The notes below the pieces were generated by a model. That model worked only from the letters and a program-made list of their open reading frames with translations, ran no database searches and had not been told where the DNA came from. Source: the human T2T-CHM13v2.0 reference genome, Homo sapiens. Taken from it: a stretch of DNA of 64,000 nt. Of this stretch, positions 55,211-64,000 are shown piece by piece (the first letter of the stretch is position 1; each line of letters opens with the position of its first letter). The stretch lies in NCBI RefSeq assembly GCF_009914755.1, contig NC_060932.1; one strand, written 5' to 3'. Made by a program: the position numbers and the translations under genes.

Positions 55211-56420
55211 CAAGGGATTGGTAAACTAAGGCCCACAAGCCACTGCCTACTTTTGTTTGCCTCTAAGCTAAGAATGACTTTACATTTTTAAATAGTTGAA
55301 GAAAATCAAAAGAATATTTTGTGACACATCAAAATTATAAGAACTTCAAGTTTCAGTGACCGTAAGTTTTACTGGAACATAGCCACACCTATTTACATAC
55401 TGTCTATCACCTGCTTTTGAATGACAAGGTGTGAGATAGGAAAAAATGCAAACTGCTTTCTCCTACAGTATTCTCATACTCACAATACTCTGAATTTTTT
55501 GTTTGTTTGTTTTAAGTAGAGATGGGGTCTCACTTTGTTGCCCAGGCTGGTCTTGAACTCCCGGGCTCAAGCAGTCCTCCCACCTTGGCCTCCCAAAGTG
55601 CTTGGATTACAGGCGTGAGGATTCACTTCTGACGTCAGGTATGTGTGGGGTTTCCTCTCCCAACAACCAATTCTCTGACACCAGCTGGGTGACCTATAAT
55701 TTAACTCAATTCTCACACTATCTACCTGGATATAACATCAGACCGCAGAGGTCAAGGGCTCAGTCCCACAAGACTCTCCCCATTTCAGATACCAATTACA
55801 AGCAGTAGGTTCCCAGGTTACCCACAACTTGTCTAACTTGGCTACAATAAGAGGTTCCCACAACCCCCTTCTCAGGTTTGATCATTTGCTAGAGCAGCTC
55901 ACGGAACTCAGGAAAGCACTTTACTTATTACCCATTCATTGTAAAAAGATGCCATTCAAAAACGGCCAGGTGGAAGAGACACATAGAGACATGTATGGGT
56001 TTTTATAGAGGCTTCACCATGTAGGTATGATTGATTAAATCACTGGCCATTAGTGAACAACTCAACCTTCAGTTTCTCTCCCCTTCCCCACAAGTGGGAG
56101 TGGGTGGGAGGGACTGAAACTTCCAACTCTCTAATCACATGATGGGTTTTCCTAGGCAAACCCCCATCCTGAGGCTATCCAGGAGCCCCCAGCCATCAGT
56201 CATCTTAGCAGCATACAAAAAGACACTTAGCACTTAGGAGATTCCAAGGGTTTCAGGAGTTGTGCACAAAGAAATGGGAGCAGAGAACACACACGTATTT
56301 ACTATTACATCACAGTACACAAAAGGGCAGAGTTGAATAGCTGCAATAGAGATCACGTGGCCCTCAAAGTCTAAAATATTTACTATATGGCCCTTTAAGG
56401 AAAAAGTTTGCAAACCTCTG
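55211..56420. mobile_element. MER58-like hAT fossil split by a MER21-family LTR (55430-56321), itself carrying an Alu monomer (55495-55618)
   Basis: MER58 halves (ttttactggaacatagccacac / gcagagttgaatag...aaaatatttactatatggcccttta..gaaaaagtttgc) on either side; LTR TG...CA with caagg/aaagg TSD. Confidence 0.7.
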
Positions 56421-56701
56421 CACTTGATTTAAAAATTTAAGGAACAACCAAATGTGTGGCTCTAAATGGGATACCATTTTGGACATGACCACCAAGGGAC
56501 ATTTTTGGAACAACAGGAAAAATTTGAGTATGATTTTGGTACTAGTTAAGATGAACATTTCCTGAAATGGAAAGGTGGAGACTGTGATTGAAAAAAGCAG
56601 AGTACAAAAGAGTAGCCTCAGTATGATCTTATTTTGTTTGGTATGCCTACAGAAGATCTGGAAAGATAGACATGGTGGTGTTATGTGTGATTTGGAGGAA
56701 C

Positions 56702-57044
56702 TGTATTAATCTGCTTTTGCATTGCTATAAAGGAATACCTGAGACTGGGTGATTTATAAAGAAAAGAGGTGTATTTGGCTCATGGTTCTGCAGGTTGTAC
56801 AAGATGCATGACACCAACATCTGCTTTTGGGAGGATCTCAGTAAGCTTCCAATCCTGGTGGAAAGGGAAGGGGAGCCAGTGTGAACTCATTACCACAGGG
56901 AGGCCATCAAGCCTTTCATGAGGGATCCACCCCCATGAGATGGATGTTGGGAAGTGACCCAAACACCTCCCACTGGACCACCTCAACATTGGAGAGCAAA
57001 TTTTAACATGAGATTTGGAGGGGACAAATATCTAAACTATATCA
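56702..57044 (-). mobile_element. MST-family MaLR solo LTR
   Basis: tgtattaatctgc...ttgctataaaggaatacctgagactggg...catgagatttggagggg...tatatca; TSD ggaac/ggaat. Confidence 0.85.
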
Positions 57045-57289
57045 GGAATGGAATATGATGTTTTTATTTTCACTGTTGTTTGTATTTTGCATTTTCTTCT
57101 TGCACAGATATTTCTCATTTTTTGGTGTACTATGTAGTCTAAGATCAATGCAGTAGAGATTCTGGCATATAATAGTTACAGGTAGAAGTATTTTTGAGAG
57201 TGGAAGAGTTTGTAAATAACACCCAGGGAATAGAATTCCACTTGTGGAGACAGAAAAGAGAGTATAAGCTGGGCTAAAGAAATTCTCAT

Positions 57290-57575
57290 GCTGGCCAGTG
57301 GCTCCACGTGTAATCCCAGAACTTTGGGAGGCGGAGGTGGAAGGACTGCTTAAGGCCAGCAATTCAAGACCAGCCTGAGCAACATAGCAGGACACAGTGG
57401 TCTACAAAAAAAAATTAGCCTGGTATGGTGGTGAGCACCTCTAGTCTCAGCTACTTGGGAGGATGAGGCAGGAAGATCACTTGAGCCTAGGAGGTCAATG
57501 CTGGAGCCATGATCTAAGCCACTGTACTCCAGCCTAGGTGACAGAGCAAGACCCTGTCTCAAAACAAACAAAAAC
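57290..57575 (+). mobile_element. AluJ-like
   Basis: Diverged dimeric Alu. Confidence 0.85.
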
Positions 57576-60040
57576 CCCCACTGTTGGGGTATAGTTCTAA
57601 GGGGCAGCCACTTGTTATGCAAGTAGAAAAGAGAGAAATGTAGAAAGAATTACAATGGTCAGCTGTCTTAAACCAAAATCTAAGGTAATTTTCATAAAAT
57701 GGGTTCAATTTTTCATGCAATTGTCCCATGTGAAGCTTGTTCCAGGGATTTAATATGATGTTTTTCAAAATATTGTTCAGAACTCATTATTAGGCTAAGA
57801 AATTAGTCTAGCGATTCATGGGCAGAATTTTTTAAATGACACAAACTGAAAGATTAAATATCAGAGTAAGTCATATACCAAGGATAGAATGCATAATATG
57901 ATCTCATTTCTGTTTCAAAAGGAAAAAAAAAAACCTTGATATGTTGTATTTTTATGAATCTGTATAACAATCTATTAAAAAATTAGGGAAGGCTATACTT
58001 CAAACTTTTAATATGGTTACTTTAGGAGAGTGGGGCTAAAGGAAACCATACAGAAAAAAATTTATTTCAATTATTTATTCCAATAAAGTCACCTTCTTTA
58101 AGAAGTCTTTTCTTGCTTATTTTATCTGATGCTAATCCCTTTACTAATTTTCTTATCACCTTAGCACTAAAGCCACTCATTCATACTTTCCCAAACAGTC
58201 ATTGTACTACGCCCCTAGGAAAAAAATATAAATACCATACCAGTATCTGCCTTAAGAGTTTGATCTAGTGGGAAAGGCATACTCATATTTAATTATAAAT
58301 AATGTGGTATAAGTTTTAAGGAGTGAGTAGGCAGACAGGCAACAGGGTAGTTGGTAGGCAGAGGAATATTTTGGCCCCAAACTGCCACTCTAAAACCTTG
58401 TCAGAGGTAACAAACAGCATGCACAAGTGTTTATAGAGCAGCCCAGGGATGGGCTAGAAAAGTGGGCAGGACTGGACCACAGAAGGGCTTTGTATGGTGT
58501 GAAAGCATTTAGGCTATCCTGAGGAGCGTAAATGAAAGATTTGAAGCAAAAGAAACATTTAGCTGATTTGATTTTTAGATACACCAAAATGGAGTCTACA
58601 TGGAGGATGGATTTAAGACATTAACTTGAGGCAGGAATTTGGTTGTATAACATAAACACACTTTTAAAAAGTTATGTGGCCTTTCTTTACGGAGTACTTC
58701 ATGGCTCTTTATTCCATCTCCCTCATCAATTATATCAAAGGTTAGGATGGAAAGGCTAAGACACGGCAATGTCTTATTTGACAACCCCTCCCCAAACCCC
58801 TACTCCAGGCTTTCCCACAGCAATTTCAAAACCTTTTTCCTGGCACTTAACATATTCTCCCCTGCATTTGCTTTTGACTGTACAGTACATAGGTCTTAGG
58901 TCTCCAGTCTGAAAACTGCACCACTAGATTTTACAGTTCCACAGGACTTAGCACAACGTCTTTGAAAAAAAAAATACTGCTTAAATAACTCTCAGATCTA
59001 AATGTATAATCCTAATCTCTTGATTGCCAGACCACATTCCCAATTGCCCAGATATCTCTACCTGGATGTCCTATAATTATCTCAAACTTAACCTAATCCA
59101 AATGGACCTGGGTACCTCTCTTCACCGCCAAACTAGTCATGCTTCCATTTCATATTTAAGTACTTTTCCAAACCCTGAGTCATCTTTGTTCACTCTCTAC
59201 TACCGGCCATGAACACTCAGCTGCTAAATGCTGCACACATCTCTTCCATTTCTCTCTCTTTTCCATTACCCTAGTTTAAGCTCTTGAAATGCTTCCCTAC
59301 CTCTCCCTATTTCCCACAAAACCTACATAATAGCTATCAGGATTACCTTGCTAAAGCAGAGGTGTGATCACTGTCATTTCCCACCTTCAGGTAGCTGGAA
59401 ACCCCACAAAACGAGGATCATGCCCATTTAAATCCCGCAGCATTCTCCCTCTCGTTCTACTGATGCCGACTGGATCATTGTACTTGCCAAGTACAGTTTG
59501 TTTTTCTCCCCATTACTTGTGTTTTCTAGTTTCTCCACCAGATGGTGATGACAGTACAACTGGGAGCTTTGTGCCCTGTGTTCCTAGGCCAGTGCCAGGC
59601 CCACTTGAGGCGCTCACTAACTATGATATGAACGAATGAATGGTTGAGTGAATTGGTCCCCAGAAGCGGTCAGCCTCTCCGCCAAGGCAGAGGGGAAGGG
59701 CCGGGAGGTGCACGTGGGATGAATGGAAACATAGTGATTGGCCTTTTTGGAGTTTTCTTCTTAAAAAACTGAATACATTACAGATGTTGAAAACAGCACA
59801 AAAATCATAACTGTACGGCTTGTTAATTTTTACAAATAAATACACCCTCGTGAATCCAGAACCTAGATCAAGAACCAGAGCATTACCAGCACCCAGAAAC
59901 CTCCCCGCGCCCTCCTCCACTGAGCGGCCCTTTCAACCCTTACAATGCCGGAGGGCGCAATTCCTGGGTCCTGTGACCTTGGTGACCGACGCCCGGGACA
60001 AGTCAGAAAGACCCAAGGGCGTGGAAAACGCTCCTCTTAC

Positions 60041-60062
60041 CGATAAACTTGAAGCGACTCAT
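60041..60062 (-). CDS. TATDN1: TATDN1 coding exon 1 (MSRFKFI)
   Basis: ATG at 60062-60060, donor GTAAGA at 60040; phase 1 joins exon 2 as GAT (Asp). Confidence 0.92.
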
Positions 60063-60064
60063 GA

Positions 60065-60304
<240 letters not shown>

Positions 60305-61454
60305 TAAGGGATGGGGACCCAGGACTCGGGGAGGTGACCCTCGGGGCCCCATGGAGGTGGAGAGGCCCCTGGGTACCTGGAGGTTCAAGGACTTCGGGAA
60401 CGGAATTGGAAGGTGGCCTCTCGCTTCACAGAATCCTATGGTAGACCCGGGTTCAAATCCAGGCTTCGCCACTTATGGCCGGGAGACCTTGTAGAGTTGC
60501 TTGTCGGGTCTGGGCGTCAGCTTTTTGTTTAGTAAAACGGACGCACGACCAGCGCAGAGGGTCGCAGGAAAATTAAGTGAAATAAAGGAAAGTGCCTAAA
60601 ATTGTAATTGTCATGGGTCCAGCGCTCGCTCAATCGTTTTCTTCACGATCTTCTCCTTTCCAATATTAACAGCAATAAACTATGCATTATTTTCTTCAGT
60701 CTGCAAAACTCTAGGAGTTAGGAATTATCTTAAGCTTATTTTACAGATAAGAAGATGAGCACAGCTGGTAACTTGCGCAAGGTGATAGAGTTTCTAAGTG
60801 TCTGAGCCAGGGTTAAAATTTAGGTCTTTCTCCAAAGCATCATCATTCTCCCACCCCTCCCATTAGCTTTTCTCTTTTTAGCTTCATCTAGTCCTTTTCA
60901 TTACCTTTACATCTTTTTCACCTCTTACATAATTCTCTTTCGACCTCTATCCGTCTGAGACTAGTCTGAGAACATAGTGTTAAAATGTGTAGATTTTAAT
61001 CACCTAAATTCATTGCAGGGTGGGCTAACAACCCAAGATGTGTGAGTGCCCCGCCTCCACTCCAGTCTTACGACTCTCCAAACGTAGTTTTATAAGAAGG
61101 CCTTCTGGGAAAAAAACTCTATGGAAAATGGAGTAGGCCTGGAAGAATTACAGAGGGTACCCTCGAAGCCCAGATTGCATATATGTGACTATTAGAAAAT
61201 CACTGACATACTTCTCTTGATTTGGCAGGAAGATGGCCAAGTACAATGTGATGGGATTGTTAGTTTCTTCCTTGAGTTTTCCTTATTTATTTATTGATTT
61301 GACAGAATTTGCAATTCAGATTCTATGCTCTATGCTAAATATATAAATGTTAGTAAATCCATTTTTGAGCAGCAGCAGCTCACGGATTAGTGGGGAAAAT
61401 GGACATGTAAACAAATCGATGATGAAGGAAGTTGAGCCATCAGGGATTCAGGTA

Positions 61455-61606
61455 TCCCAACACAAATGGTAAATGTTTGAGGTGATGAATATCCAAATTA
61501 CCCTGATTTGATCATTATACATTATATGGATGTATTAAAATATCACATGTACCCCATAAATAGGTACAATAATTATGTGTCAAAAAAAGTTAAACATGAA
61601 AAAAAG
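61455..61606 (+). mobile_element. L1MA-like 3' end
   Basis: aaatgtttgaggtgatgaatatccaaattaccctgatttgatcattatacatt...catgtaccccataaat + A-rich tail. Confidence 0.75.
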
Positions 61607-61890
61607 AATTCAAGCAATACTGAACTATAGCTGGGAATACTAAAGTCCATAGTTCTAGAGGAAAATGATATAAACTAGCTACTATGACAGTTATGGCTCA
61701 GCATTTTTTAGATCTGACATTCTTTCTCAATCCTTGCCTTAATTTCTTCCTCCATTTGCCCTCATTGTGCTGTTCTCTGTGGTTCCATCCTAGGCATACT
61801 GTGTTGTTGTATGTACTCGGGCAGCCTCATTTAGTGCTGTCACCACCTGCGCTCATTTGTCTCTAGAGCTGTAGTTCGAATTGCTTGTTA

Positions 61891-63368
<1,478 letters not shown>

Positions 63369-64000
63369 GAAGACAGTAACTTACCCCAAGTTACACAGCT
63401 AGTAGTGGCAGAGCTAAGATTCAGGCCCATACAGTCTGACTGGAGAGCCTATTCTCATAACTTGGAAGTCTCAATGTCTCCCCTGTCTCCTGTCACCATC
63501 ACAGCTCCGTACTTTCAGGCCCTCGTCAGCTGTGTCCTAGATTATTGTCAAAACCTCCTAACTGATCTTTGCCCAGTTTCTTTAGAACTTGACTTTAACT
63601 TGCCTAAGTTTATGCAGCTAGTGTCAGAGTCAGGATACAAACCTAGCTCTGTATGAGCTAAGCAATACTGTTTCTGCCAAGTAACACCTTTCTTATTCAT
63701 CTTTGTATCTCCAGAATTTAGCATAGTGACTAGCACAAGATAGAAGGAAATGGAAGTTGTCATTCAATGAATGTTGAATGATCCTGCAGAGGTTATAGCT
63801 TTTCTCTTGCGAATGCTCTTTTCTTTTTTTTTTTTTTTTTTTGTTTAAATCCTCATTCCCTTGTTGGATGTAAGAGGAGAAAAATGGTTAGGGTATATAT
63901 TTAATACAGTATTTTTTTGCTGCTGCTGTTTGGTGGGCTGTAGAGGAAGCAGCCATGATGATACGGCTGCTCCATTGGGAGGGTTGGGGTAGGTCCACTG

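Overview
Primate (human-like) genomic DNA that I recognise from the encoded proteins as the RNF139 (TRC8) - TATDN1 - NDUFB9 locus, 8q24.13 in human. It holds the large coding exon 2 of RNF139 (+, 6859-8672) and all 12 coding exons of TATDN1 (-, 60062 to 9622). Those exons splice by GT-AG rules into a 894-nt ORF (297 aa, TatD nuclease). Coding exon 1 of NDUFB9 (+, 60203-60303) lies head-to-head with TATDN1 across a CpG-island bidirectional promoter. TATDN1 intron 7 (88 nt) hosts the tailed mirtron MIR6844. The most striking non-coding structure is an almost pure-AT palindrome in RNF139 intron 1, with perfect 140-bp arms (3790-3929 / 3938-4077) around an 8-nt spacer. It grew out of an Alu tail and matches the known translocation-prone PATRR8. 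The rest is about 50 Alus, L1/L2/MIR remnants, DNA-transposon fossils, several solo LTRs, and a decayed MER34/MER39-like provirus (pol/env remnants) in TATDN1 intron 1 with nested insertions. Most short ORFs in the supplied track are Alu-derived noise. I found no convincing new biological system. The least-described leads are a single CATG that gives a uORF for TATDN1 on one strand and an in-frame N-terminal extension of NDUFB9 on the other, plus several splicing and polyadenylation hypotheses. Repeat family names are from recall, not from a database search.
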